Program-made: the position numbers and the translations under genes | The notes under the pieces: generated by a model | What the model was told of the DNA's origin: nothing | The model's input: only the letters and a program-made list of their open reading frames with translations | Database searches by the model: none | Shown: positions 1-9,207 of the stretch, piece after piece | Layout of the letters: each line of letters opens with the position of its first letter | Position numbering within the stretch: position 1 is the first letter of the stretch | Origin: Candidatus Scatosoma sp. | Lineage (GTDB): Bacteria > Bacillota > Clostridia > Christensenellales > Borkfalkiaceae | Length of the DNA: 64,000 nt | Assembly (NCBI GenBank): GCA_045537295.1 | Contig: JAZSPG010000070.1 | Location: forward strand, 34,955 to 98,954 | Direction: 5' to 3'

Positions 1-2
1 AA

Positions 3-647
3 GACCTGTTTGATTTAACGCATACGCAAGCAAACGAATATCTTTCCGCCTACGAATACCCTTGGCAAGCTCTGCAAGGGATAAAGCAATTTATTTTGCA
101 GGCGGGCGAACGCTTAAACAAAGCGGAATACGAGGAAATTTCACCCAAAGTTTGGGTACATAAAAGCGCGAAAATCGCGCCTACGGCGCAGATAAACGCT
201 CCGTGTATTATCGGCGCGGAAACGGAAATTCGGCATTGTGCGTTTATTCGCGGTAGCGTGATTGTCGGCGAAAATTGCACGGTGGGCAATTCCGTGGAAA
301 TAAAGAACGCGATTTTGTTCGACGGCGCGCAAGTCCCGCATTTTAATTACGTAGGGGATAGTATTTTGGGGTATAAGGCGCATTTGGGCGCGGGTGCGGT
401 AACTTCGAATATAAAATCGGACAAAACGCCCGTGAGCGTAAAATGCGGGGACGAAAGTTTGCAAACGGGGCAAAGAAAGGTCGGCGCGTTCGTGGGGGAT
501 TTTGCCGAAGTGGGCTGTAACTGCGTGTTAAATCCTGGTACGGTAATCGGCAAAGGCAGTCGGATATACCCGCTTTGTTGCGTGCGGGGCACGGTGGCGG
601 AAAATAGCATTTATAAAAATAACGGCGTCGTAACGCCGATAAAATGA
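3..647 (+). CDS. Hexapeptide-repeat (left-handed beta-helix) transferase, GlmU C-terminal-like; 5-prime partial
   Basis: Frame is open from base 3 with no upstream stop, so ATG 96 is probably internal. Imperfect hexapeptide repeats are present (IIGAETEI, VIVGENCTVGNSVEI, LGYKAHLGAGAV, VGCNCVLNPGTVIG). It lies directly upstream of glmM. Confidence 0.6.
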   Translation, partial: DLFDLTHTQANEYLSAYEYPWQALQGIKQFILQAGERLNKAEYEEISPKVWVHKSAKIAPTAQINAPCIIGAETEIRHCAFIRGSVIVGENCTVGNSVEIKNAILFDGAQVPHFNYVGDSILGYKAHLGAGAVTSNIKSDKTPVSVKCGDESLQTGQRKVGAFVGDFAEVGCNCVLNPGTVIGKGSRIYPLCCVRGTVAENSIYKNNGVVTPIK

Positions 648-659
648 GAGGGAACGGCT

Positions 660-2012
660 ATGGGTAAATATTTCGGAACGGACGGATTTCGTGGCGAGGC
701 GAACGCGGATTTAACGGCGCAACACGCGTTTAAGGTGGGTCGGTTTTTGGGTTGGTATTATACCAAACAAAAGGGCGAGCGGGCAAAAATCGTTATCGGT
801 AAGGATACGAGGCGGTCGGGATATATGTTCGAATACGCGTTGGCGGGCGGAATCGTATCCTCAGGCGCGGACGCGTATTTGTTACACGTCACGACCACGC
901 CGTCGGTTGCGTATTGCGTACGGACGGAAGGGTTTGATTGCGGGATTATGATTTCCACCAGCCATAACCCCTTTTACGATAACGGTATCAAGCTTTTCAA
1001 CGCGCAGGGCGAAAAGACGGAGGATACAACCGTCGAGCTTATCGAGGCGTATCTTGACGGTAATTTGCCTGAAATACCCTATGCAAAAGGCGAAAAAATC
1101 GGTCGGACGGTGGATTTTTCGGCGGGAAGAAACCGTTATATCGGGTATTTGATTTCGCTTGGATTATACAGTTTTAAGGGCTGGAAAGTGGGGCTGGACT
1201 GCGCGAACGGTAGCGCTTGGAATATCGCCCAAAGCGTGTTTAACGCGCTGGGCGCGACGACTTTCGTTTTGGGCGCGGACCCCGACGGTACGAATATCAA
1301 CGCGGATGTCGGCTCGACGCATATCGAGGCGTTGCAACGGTTTGTGGTGGAAAAGGGACTGGATATAGGTTTTGCGTACGACGGCGACGCGGATAGATGT
1401 TTGTGCGTGGACGAAAAAGGCAATATCGTGGACGGCGACGGGATTGTGTATTTGTACGCGCAATATATGAAAGAACAGGGGAAACTTGCAAACAACACCG
1501 TAGTCACAACGGTAATGTCTAATTTCGGTTTGTATAAAGCGTTAGAAAAAATCGGAATAACCTGTGAAAAGACGGCGGTGGGGGATAGGTTCGTCGCGGA
1601 AAAAATGCGCGAGGGCGGATATATGCTCGGCGGGGAACAGTCGGGGCATATTATTTTTGCCAAGTACGCGGGTACGGGCGACGGGGTACTGACCAGCTTA
1701 AAGGTAATGCAAGCGTTAATAGACAAAAAAACGAGCCTTTCGAAAGTCGTCGCGCCTTTTGAAAAGTACCCGCAACTGTTAAAAAACGCGCGCGTAAAAG
1801 ATAAAAACACCGCCTTAAACAACAGAGCGGTGCAAGAAAAGATACACGAATTAACCCAAGAATTAGGCGATACGGGCAGAATTTTAGTGCGTGCGTCGGG
1901 AACAGAACCCGTCATTCGCGTAATGACGGAGGCGCAAACTGCGCTCGATTGCCAACGGTGCGTAAAAGCGGTTTTGACCGTTTTGAAAGAACAGGGCTTG
2001 CTCGCGGAATAA
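660..2012 (+). CDS. glmM: Phosphoglucosamine mutase
   Basis: 450 aa with GTDGFRG N-terminus, phosphoserine loop ISTSHNPFYDNGIK and GEQSGH. Length matches a full phosphohexomutase. Confidence 0.95.
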   Translation: MGKYFGTDGFRGEANADLTAQHAFKVGRFLGWYYTKQKGERAKIVIGKDTRRSGYMFEYALAGGIVSSGADAYLLHVTTTPSVAYCVRTEGFDCGIMISTSHNPFYDNGIKLFNAQGEKTEDTTVELIEAYLDGNLPEIPYAKGEKIGRTVDFSAGRNRYIGYLISLGLYSFKGWKVGLDCANGSAWNIAQSVFNALGATTFVLGADPDGTNINADVGSTHIEALQRFVVEKGLDIGFAYDGDADRCLCVDEKGNIVDGDGIVYLYAQYMKEQGKLANNTVVTTVMSNFGLYKALEKIGITCEKTAVGDRFVAEKMREGGYMLGGEQSGHIIFAKYAGTGDGVLTSLKVMQALIDKKTSLSKVVAPFEKYPQLLKNARVKDKNTALNNRAVQEKIHELTQELGDTGRILVRASGTEPVIRVMTEAQTALDCQRCVKAVLTVLKEQGLLAE

Positions 2013-2023
2013 GGAAAGTAGAG

Positions 2024-2054
2024 CATTCACGCAAACCTGAGGTTTGCGTGAATG
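2024..2054 (+). terminator. Perfect 14-bp hairpin after glmM (no U-tract)
   Basis: cattcacgcaaacc-tga-ggtttgcgtgaatg, 12 nt after the glmM stop. No T-run follows on either strand. Confidence 0.45.
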
Positions 2055-2354
2055 GAAATAAATCTCGTAAATTGCCCTGTGGGCGTGCATTGTGGAATAA
2101 TTCAATAAACGATAACCGCCTTGAAATCTTACGATTCCAAGGCGATTACCTATATGATAAGGGGGAAAATGATGAGCTTATTTATTGTGTTGAGCCGTGG
2201 CTCAACTTATTTACAAATATATTTTATCACGCCCGTTAAAAAAAGTAAAGGAAAAAATCAAACATTTTTCAAAACCTAAAAAAGTATATTCTTAACGCAA
2301 AAAATGTTCGAAAGTAACATTATTCCACATTTTTTGTGTCAATATGAACAAAAA

Positions 2355-2873
2355 TTACATAAATCGACATAAGAAACAACATAAAACGACGGAAAGAAAA
2401 GTGGCAAGCAAAGAAATAAAAAGGGCAAGGGGGAGTTTTTTGCGTTTTATGCCCGTAAAGTATACCGCGCCGATATAAAAAATCGTTTCGGACGAGCCGT
2501 AAGCGACGCAGGCGCAACGCGCGATATAGCTATCTACGCCGTAGGTGGACAAAATATCCGACAAAACGGCGATAGAACCGCTCCCGGATAAAGGTTTGAC
2601 GAAAAGCAAAGGCGCGATTTCTTTGGGGATTCCGCAAAAACGAAAGAAGGGCTGTAAAAACGCGCCCAGCCGTTTGTCCAAACCGCTCGCCTCTAATAAA
2701 AAGGAGAGCATAGCGACGGTGGCGATATAAGGAAAGATAGAAAGAATTAACGGAACAGCGCCTTTTACGCCCTCGGTAAAGCTATCGTACAGGCGTACTT
2801 TTTTCACGAGCGCGTAAATAAACGAGGATAAAAAAATGGCGGGGATAATAAGCGCAAAAAAGTAGTTCATCAA
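2355..2873 (-). CDS. spmB: Spore maturation protein B
   Basis: 172 aa multi-TM nucleoside-recognition type protein (GIPKEIAPLLFVKPLSGSGSIAVL). Its start overlaps the spmA stop (ATGA). Confidence 0.85.
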   Translation of the reverse strand: MMNYFFALIIPAIFLSSFIYALVKKVRLYDSFTEGVKGAVPLILSIFPYIATVAMLSFLLEASGLDKRLGAFLQPFFRFCGIPKEIAPLLFVKPLSGSGSIAVLSDILSTYGVDSYIARCACVAYGSSETIFYIGAVYFTGIKRKKLPLALFISLLATFLSVVLCCFLCRFM

Positions 2874-3478
2874 ATACCTGCCCTATGCGTTTTGTACTTT
2901 TGCGCGGTGGAAAAGCGCGGTTGGTTATCGTATTTTGGAAGAAAGAGCTTGACGAGCAGAACGCCCAACGCCGAAGAAAAAAGGGTGGTGATAAGGGTGG
3001 GCAAAATGACGGCGGAGGGGTTGACGCTTCCAAGCGCCGTTCTAAGCCCTATCATAGAAGTTGGGATAAGCTGTAAAGAGGTGGCGTTTAATACGAACAG
3101 CATACACGAATCGCGTTCGGCGCTTGGGGTTTTGTCTAAAAGGTTAGCGGATTTTACCCCGTACGGTGTACCCGCACCCGAAATACCGAGCATATTGACG
3201 GACATATTCATACAAATCGCGTCTAAGGCTTTGGGGTCGCTCGTGACGAACAGGCGTTTTGCCATCGGTTTTAAGAGCTTGGAAACTTGTCGCGAAACCC
3301 CGCTGTCTTCCCAGACGCGCATCAGTCCCAGCCACACCGAATAGGTGGCGATAAGCGAAATGCAAAGGGTAGCGGATTTCGAGGTCGCGTCTAACAGCGT
3401 GGATAAAAACGAGTCGGGCGCAACGCACAGTAAAACGGCGTTAGATAGGATAAAAATGACCGCAAAAAGAATATTCAT
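2870..3478 (-). CDS. spmA: Spore maturation protein A
   Basis: 202 aa multi-TM protein with SpmA-like SVWLGLMRVWEDSGV segment. It is translationally coupled to spmB. Confidence 0.85.
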   Translation of the reverse strand: MNILFAVIFILSNAVLLCVAPDSFLSTLLDATSKSATLCISLIATYSVWLGLMRVWEDSGVSRQVSKLLKPMAKRLFVTSDPKALDAICMNMSVNMLGISGAGTPYGVKSANLLDKTPSAERDSCMLFVLNATSLQLIPTSMIGLRTALGSVNPSAVILPTLITTLFSSALGVLLVKLFLPKYDNQPRFSTAQKYKTHRAGI

Positions 3479-3543
3479 AGCATACTATATGCTTTTCGCG
3501 CGCGCGGATATGTGCGGATATATGAAAAACGCTTGTAAATCGT

Positions 3544-3572
3544 TTTACTTTTTCGCGAAAAAGGTGTATAAT
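3544..3572 (+). promoter_or_regulatory. Candidate sigma-A promoter of metG with palindromic spacer
   Basis: TTTACT-N17-TATAAT. The spacer holds a perfect 16-nt palindrome ctttttcgcgaaaaag (3548-3563). Confidence 0.5.
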
Positions 3573-3605
3573 ACAATGGAGAAAGAGCGTAAAGGAGCAA
3601 AGGTT

Positions 3606-5582
3606 ATGACGAAAAAACCTTATTATATTACGACTGCGATTGCGTACACCTCGGGCAAGCCTCATATCGGCAACACCTACGAGGCGATTTTGGCGGACGC
3701 GATTGCGCGTTTTAAGCGCAAGCAAGGGTATGAAGTATTCTTTCAAACGGGTACGGACGAACACGGACAAAAAATTCAGGAAAAAGCGAGCGTAGCGGGT
3801 GTGACGCCCCAAGCGTTCGTGGACGGAGTAGCGGGCGAAATCCAAGGTATTTGGGATTTGGTCGGTACTTCCTACGATAAATTTATGCGTACGACGGACG
3901 AATACCACGTAAAACAGGTATCGAAAATTTTCAAAAAATTCTACGACAGCGGGGATATTTATAAGGGCTATTACGAGGGTATGTACTGTACGCCCTGCGA
4001 ATCGTTCTGGACGGAAAGCCAGCTCGTCGACGGCAAATGCCCCGACTGTGCAAGAGAGGTAAAGCCCGCAAAAGAAGAGGCGTATTTCTTCAAAATGGGC
4101 AAGTACGCGGATAGACTTATCCAGCATATCAACACCCACCCCGAGTTTATCCAGCCCGTTTCGCGTAAAAACGAAATGATGAACAATTTCTTATTGAAGG
4201 GGTTGCAGGATTTGTGCGTTTCGCGTACCTCGTTCACTTGGGGCGTACCCGTAGAATTTGACAACAAGCACGTCGTATACGTTTGGCTGGACGCGCTCAC
4301 CAACTATATCACGGGTATCGGCTACGACGCGGACGGAAACCATAGCGAAAACTATAAAAAATTCTGGCCTGCCGATTTACATCTTATCGGCAAGGACATT
4401 TTGCGTTTTCACACGATTTACTGGCCGATTTTCTTAATGGCGCTTGGCGAACCGTTACCCAAACAGGTATTCGGTCACCCTTGGCTACTTATGGGCGACG
4501 GCAAAATGAGCAAATCCAAAGGCAACGTCATTTATGCGGACGATTTGGCGCGCCTTTTCGGCGTGGACGCGGTGCGTTATTTCGTTCTGCACGAAATGCC
4601 GTTCGATAACGACGGGCAAATCACTTGGGAACTCGTTGCCGAACGCTTTAACACCGACCTTGCCAACGTACTCGGCAATTTGGTGAGCAGGACGGTGGCT
4701 ATGATTGAAAAATATTTCGGCGGTACGGTGGTGAAATCGACCGTTGAAAACGAACGCGACCCCGACCGCGAGTTCAAAGCGACGGTGACGGGCGTAGCAC
4801 AAAAGGTGGTGGCGAAAGCGGACGAATTAAAGATTGCCGACGCGATTTCCGAGATTTTCACGCTTTTGCGTCGCGCGAACAAATATATCGACGAAACGAT
4901 GCCTTGGGCGCTTGCCAAGGACGAAACCCAAAAAACGCGCTTGAACGACGTTTTGTATAATCTTGCCGAGGCAATCCAAATCGGCGCAAGTTTATTAGAC
5001 AGCTTTATGCCGACGACGAGCGAAAAAATCTTCACGGCGTTTAACGGAACGAGCCGTAGCCTTGACGAGTGCAACGCGTTTGGACTTAGAGATAGCGTAA
5101 CGGTACAAGCCGTTCCGCCCCTGTTTGCAAGAATTGATTTTAAGGCGTTAGAGCCTGAAATTGAAAAAATCCGTCAGGCGCAAATCGCCGAGGCGCAGGC
5201 GAGCGCGCCTCAAAAAGCAGAGGAAAAAACAGAAAAGACCGAGGACAAAGCAATGGAAATTACCATAGACGATTTTTGTAAAGTAGAACTCAAAGTCGGC
5301 GAAATTATCGCCTGCGAAAACGTACCCAAATCTTCCAAACTTCTGCACGAAACGGTGAAATTCGGCGAGGAAGTGCGTTCGGTGGTTTCGGGGATTGCGA
5401 AACACTATAAACCCGAAGAACTTATCGGTAAAAAAGTGGTGTTCGTCACCAACCTCGCGCCTCGTAAGGTGTGCGGAATTTTATCCGAGGGTATGATACT
5501 CGCAACCGAGGACGAGAACGGCGTTATGTCGCTGATTACGCCCGACAAAGCGGAGATTAAGAGCGGGTCTAAACTTGGGTAA
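3606..5582 (+). CDS. metG: Methionyl-tRNA synthetase with C-terminal tRNA-binding domain
   Basis: HIGH-type KPHIGN, KMSKS and Zn knuckles CTPC/CPDC are present. ATG 3606 follows AAAGGAG. The ORF-track start 3345 would overlap spmA and the promoter. Confidence 0.95.
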   Translation: MTKKPYYITTAIAYTSGKPHIGNTYEAILADAIARFKRKQGYEVFFQTGTDEHGQKIQEKASVAGVTPQAFVDGVAGEIQGIWDLVGTSYDKFMRTTDEYHVKQVSKIFKKFYDSGDIYKGYYEGMYCTPCESFWTESQLVDGKCPDCAREVKPAKEEAYFFKMGKYADRLIQHINTHPEFIQPVSRKNEMMNNFLLKGLQDLCVSRTSFTWGVPVEFDNKHVVYVWLDALTNYITGIGYDADGNHSENYKKFWPADLHLIGKDILRFHTIYWPIFLMALGEPLPKQVFGHPWLLMGDGKMSKSKGNVIYADDLARLFGVDAVRYFVLHEMPFDNDGQITWELVAERFNTDLANVLGNLVSRTVAMIEKYFGGTVVKSTVENERDPDREFKATVTGVAQKVVAKADELKIADAISEIFTLLRRANKYIDETMPWALAKDETQKTRLNDVLYNLAEAIQIGASLLDSFMPTTSEKIFTAFNGTSRSLDECNAFGLRDSVTVQAVPPLFARIDFKALEPEIEKIRQAQIAEAQASAPQKAEEKTEKTEDKAMEITIDDFCKVELKVGEIIACENVPKSSKLLHETVKFGEEVRSVVSGIAKHYKPEELIGKKVVFVTNLAPRKVCGILSEGMILATEDENGVMSLITPDKAEIKSGSKLG

Positions 5583-5592
5583 GGATAAGGCT

Positions 5593-6387
5593 ATGCTTAT
5601 TGATGCGCATTGTCATTTAACGGGCGGGGAATACGCCGAAAACGGCGGGATAGACGGGATAGACGGCGTGCTTGCGCGCGCGAACGCCGAGGGCGTGGAA
5701 CGCGTGGTCTGTTCGGGGTTCGACTTGCAATCCTCGCAAATTGCCAAAGAACTTTCGGAAAAATTCGATTGCGTGTATTTTTGCGCGGGTTTTCATCCCA
5801 GCGAACTGCATAAATACCGCGACGGCGATTTGGAATTACTTGCAAAGCTTTGCGCGCACGGAAAATGCGTGGCGGTCGGAGAGATAGGTTTGGACTACCA
5901 CTTCGACGACAATCCGCCCAAGGAAGTGCAAAAGGAACTGTTTATTCAACAGCTTGCATTAGCGAATGCGCTGGGCTTGCCCGTCGTTATTCACAGCAGG
6001 GATTCGGCAAAGGATACGCTGGATTTATTGACGGAGCATAAAGAATTGTTAAAGCGGGGCGGGCTGATGCATTGCTATTCGTATTCCCCTGAACTAACCA
6101 AGAATTTTTTGGATTTAGGACTGTATTTTTCGTTCGGTGGACCGTGTACTTTCAAGAACGCGCAAAAGGTGGTAGATAGCGTTGAACGCATACCTGCCCA
6201 CCGCATTTTATCCGAAACGGACTGCCCGTACCTCACGCCCGTACCGTTTAGGGGTGTATTTCCCAACGAACCCAAGAACGTAAAATTTATCGTCGAACGC
6301 CTCGCGCAAATTAAGGGATTAAGCGCGGAGGAAATGGCAAAAACTATTTATCAAAACGCAAAAGCGTTATTTTTCAAGCTCAAATAA
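5593..6387 (+). CDS. tatD: TatD-family metal-dependent hydrolase/DNase
   Basis: Motifs MLIDAHCHL, GEIGLDYH, VIHSRD and ETDCPYL. metG-tatD adjacency matches the Bacillus metS-yabD arrangement. Confidence 0.9.
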   Translation: MLIDAHCHLTGGEYAENGGIDGIDGVLARANAEGVERVVCSGFDLQSSQIAKELSEKFDCVYFCAGFHPSELHKYRDGDLELLAKLCAHGKCVAVGEIGLDYHFDDNPPKEVQKELFIQQLALANALGLPVVIHSRDSAKDTLDLLTEHKELLKRGGLMHCYSYSPELTKNFLDLGLYFSFGGPCTFKNAQKVVDSVERIPAHRILSETDCPYLTPVPFRGVFPNEPKNVKFIVERLAQIKGLSAEEMAKTIYQNAKALFFKLK

Positions 6388-6404
6388 CAGGTAGGAAAAC
6401 AGTT

Positions 6405-7355
6405 ATGGAAGAAGTAAAAAACAACCCGCAACAAAACGCAAACAACGCGAATAACGCGAACCACGGCGGGAACAACGGCGGGAACAACGGCGGTAGACGC
6501 AGACGCAAGAAAAAGCATAGAAACGGCAACGCCCAAAACGGTCAGTCTGCGCAAAATGCGGTAGCGCAACAACAGGCGCAACCGCAACAGCAAAATAAGC
6601 CCGCGCAACAAAAACAAAACCAAAACGGCGGGCAAAATCATAACCAGAACGGGCAGAAGTCCAAGAAAAAGCAAAAGCAAAACGGACAAAACGGACAAAA
6701 CGGACAAAATAATCAAGCGCAACAAAAGCAAAACGACGAAAACCGCAAGGACACTTACGCGTACGCGCTGGACGGGAATTTATATATCAATTTGACGAAT
6801 AAATGCTCGAACGGTTGCGATTTTTGCGTGCGCAACGAGCGGGCGAGTTATTACGGTAATTATTTATGGCTGAAAAAGGGCGACCCGACGGTAGAAAAGG
6901 TAATCGCGCAGGTAAACGGGTTCGGGGACTTGACGCGGTTTAAGGAAGTGGTATTTTGCGGGTTTGGCGAACCGACCTATAAAATGGAAGAAATGCTCGC
7001 GCTTTGCGATTATTTCCACGGCAAAGGCTTAAAGACGAGATTGAACACCAACGGGCAGGGCAGTTTGATTAACAAACGCGATATCCCGCTCGAATTAAAG
7101 GGTAAAATTGATTTCGTGAACATTTCTTTGAACGCGTCCTGTGCGGAAAAATACCAAAAAATTTGCCGTTCGCAGTTTGGCGAAAGCGTGTTCGAGGCGA
7201 TTTTGGAATTTGCCAAGCAATGCAACAGGAACGGCGTAGCTTGTCGTTTTTCGATAGTCGACTGTATCGGCGAGGAAGAAGTGGAATCGTGCAAACGCTT
7301 AGCCGAAAGCGTAAAAGTACCCCTCTATATCCGTTCGTATATCACCGATTCCTAA
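6405..7355 (+). CDS. Radical SAM protein (TatD-associated type) with N/Q/G/K-rich N-terminal extension
   Basis: CSNGCDFC (CX3CX2C) cluster after YINLTNK. Residues about 4-112 are low complexity (NNANNANHGGNNGGNNGG, QNGQNGQNGQN). Confidence 0.75.
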   Translation: MEEVKNNPQQNANNANNANHGGNNGGNNGGRRRRKKKHRNGNAQNGQSAQNAVAQQQAQPQQQNKPAQQKQNQNGGQNHNQNGQKSKKKQKQNGQNGQNGQNNQAQQKQNDENRKDTYAYALDGNLYINLTNKCSNGCDFCVRNERASYYGNYLWLKKGDPTVEKVIAQVNGFGDLTRFKEVVFCGFGEPTYKMEEMLALCDYFHGKGLKTRLNTNGQGSLINKRDIPLELKGKIDFVNISLNASCAEKYQKICRSQFGESVFEAILEFAKQCNRNGVACRFSIVDCIGEEEVESCKRLAESVKVPLYIRSYITDS

Positions 7356-7373
7356 TATTTGAGGATAAGCAAA

Positions 7374-8219
7374 ATGCAAGATTTACGCGCCGTATTGCAA
7401 AAGCACGGCTTTCAATTCAAAAAACAGTTCGGGCAGAACTTTATCTCGGATAAAAATTTGCTCGACTCTATCGTTACGGCGTCGGGGATAGACCAAACGA
7501 CGACGGTGGTGGAAATCGGTTGCGGAGCAGGAACGCTCACCCGCGCGCTCGCGGAAAAAGCCAAGCGCGTGTACGCGTTCGACGTGGACAGGGATTTACA
7601 GCCCGTCTTAGCCGAAACGCTTGCGGGCTTAGATAACGTCGAAGTCATTTTTAAGGACTTTAACAAACTCGACTTGAAAGCGTTCGAGGCGGAAATCGGC
7701 GAATATACCGTCGTAGCGAATTTGCCTTATTATATCACCACCCCGCTCGTCACCAAGCTCTTGGAAGAGGGTGAAAAGGTGCAGGGACTTTCGGTGATGG
7801 TGCAGGAAGAAGTCGCATTCCGTTTTTGCGCCAAAGAGGGAACGAGCGAGTACGGCGCGATAACGGCGGGTATCGCCTTAAAAGGTACGGCGAAAATCGT
7901 CAAACGCGTACCGCGGACGCTGTTTTTCCCCAGACCCAACGTCGATTCGGCGGTGGTGAAAATTACTTTCGAACGGGGCAGGATACAAGTCAAGGACGAA
8001 AAAGCCTATCGCGCGACGGTGCGGTGTGCGTTTTTGAACAGGCGCAAGACCTTAGAGAATAATTTGGTGAACTGTTTCAAAATAGACAGGGAACAGGCAA
8101 AACGCGTTTTGCAAAAAGCGGGCGTGGAAGAAAAGGCGCGCGGGGAAACGCTTTCCCCGCAACGCTTAGCGACGCTTACCGATATTTTAATAGACGAGGG
8201 CATTATAAAAAACGGCTGA
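7374..8219 (+). CDS. rsmA: 16S rRNA (adenine1518/1519-N6)-dimethyltransferase
   Basis: Motifs FGQNFISD, VVEIGCGAGTLT and NLPYYITTP. GAGGA lies 7 nt upstream of ATG 7374 (TTG 7359 is an alternative). Confidence 0.93.
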   Translation: MQDLRAVLQKHGFQFKKQFGQNFISDKNLLDSIVTASGIDQTTTVVEIGCGAGTLTRALAEKAKRVYAFDVDRDLQPVLAETLAGLDNVEVIFKDFNKLDLKAFEAEIGEYTVVANLPYYITTPLVTKLLEEGEKVQGLSVMVQEEVAFRFCAKEGTSEYGAITAGIALKGTAKIVKRVPRTLFFPRPNVDSAVVKITFERGRIQVKDEKAYRATVRCAFLNRRKTLENNLVNCFKIDREQAKRVLQKAGVEEKARGETLSPQRLATLTDILIDEGIIKNG

Positions 8220-8226
8220 AAAGAAA

Positions 8227-8259
8227 AGACTAACGAAAGTTTTCGTTAGTCTTTTTTTC
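8227..8259. terminator. Bidirectional intrinsic terminator (rsmA / lipoprotein gene)
   Basis: agactaacgaaa-gt-tttcgttagtct perfect arms with T-runs on both strands. Confidence 0.85.
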
Positions 8260-8279
8260 TTATAAGCGCAAAAAGGTTT

Positions 8280-9101
8280 TTAATCGGTTTCTATATAAAA
8301 TACCCCGATAACGCCAATATTATACGAACCCTCGTAAGAGATAAGACATTCGCCTTCCTTTATATCGCTTAAATCCAGCTCGGTGATTTCTCCGTTTTTT
8401 ATAAGCGCAACGAAGGTGTTGCTTTCCGTTTCGCAAACGACGCGTTCCCCGTCTACCGTTAAGGTAAGCTCTTTCCATCTATTTACATCTTCGATTTTTT
8501 CGATAGTCCCTTTTCTAACGGTATCGTACACGAAAGGACCTCCGCAACAGGGGTCTATTTGGAAGTAATTCGTGAATTTTTGATATAAACTATTGTTTTC
8601 GATTTCCGTTTTGGCAGGGAAAACGCCCGTTTGATAAACGCCTATTAAAAACTCCGTAAATTGCGCACGGTAAGCGTCGAATTCGTCTTTGGAAAGCTGT
8701 CGCGTGTCCGTGAAATTATAAGTTACTCCGTCGTAATATATGGACAAAGAACGGGTGTTATCCCTTTTAGAACAGCTCCCCGTCGCCGTTTTTCCGTTTT
8801 CAAATTCAACGGAAACAACCGCGGAGTTAAGGATATTTTTCTTGCGAAACGAAACGGATAACTTCCCTTTTACCACTTCGCCGTTTAAGGTTTGAAGTTC
8901 CGTATTCCCGTCTTTATCGATTTGGATGGCGTAACAGCCGTCGTAAATTTCTCTAAAAGGATAGGTGATGTTGGGCGTGGGGGTTGCATTATACCATTTT
9001 TTGCCTCTTGGGTCGTAATAGGAAGAGGCGCAACCGACAAGCGTTAATCCCGTGCAAACTATAAGCAAAACCGCCAAGACGACGGATAAAAATTTTCTCA
9101 T
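8280..9101 (-). CDS. Hypothetical lipoprotein
   Basis: MRKFLSVVLAVLLIVCTGLTLVGC signal peptide with lipobox. ATG 9101 follows AAAAGGGG. I recognise no family. Confidence 0.6.
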   Translation of the reverse strand: MRKFLSVVLAVLLIVCTGLTLVGCASSYYDPRGKKWYNATPTPNITYPFREIYDGCYAIQIDKDGNTELQTLNGEVVKGKLSVSFRKKNILNSAVVSVEFENGKTATGSCSKRDNTRSLSIYYDGVTYNFTDTRQLSKDEFDAYRAQFTEFLIGVYQTGVFPAKTEIENNSLYQKFTNYFQIDPCCGGPFVYDTVRKGTIEKIEDVNRWKELTLTVDGERVVCETESNTFVALIKNGEITELDLSDIKEGECLISYEGSYNIGVIGVFYIETD

Positions 9102-9132
9102 ATTTTTCCCCTTTTGCTTAAATTCTATCCTT

Positions 9133-9161
9133 ATTATAGCATAGAAACGCTGAAAAGTCAA
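9133..9161 (-). promoter_or_regulatory. Sigma-A promoter of lipoprotein gene
   Basis: On the minus strand: TTGACT-N17-TATAAT with TGc extension. Confidence 0.65.
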
Positions 9162-9207
9162 TAGGGAACTTTATTTGATTTTTCAAGCGGGATAAACGGC
9201 GTAAGGT

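Noticed and set aside
1136-2026. Long antisense ORFs opposite real genes (1136-2026, 10089-10895, 17359-18168, 24274-24963, 29308-30291, 52948-53559, 58277-58876 and many shorter ones)
   Set aside because: These are shadow ORFs. They lie opposite genes with strong motif support, have low-complexity R/S/P-rich translations, and have no RBS.
3345-3605. N-terminal 87-codon extension of the metG ORF given by the ORF track
   Set aside because: It overlaps the spmA 5-prime end and the shared promoter region, has no homology to MetRS N-termini, and ATG 3606 has a strong AAAGGAG RBS.
6420-6740. Short tandem DNA repeats (also 58500-59150) considered as a VNTR, CRISPR-like or non-coding repeat array
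   Set aside because: The units are 9-12 nt, in frame, and lie inside ORFs with good downstream catalytic domains. They encode low-complexity protein linkers. No spacer-repeat architecture is present.
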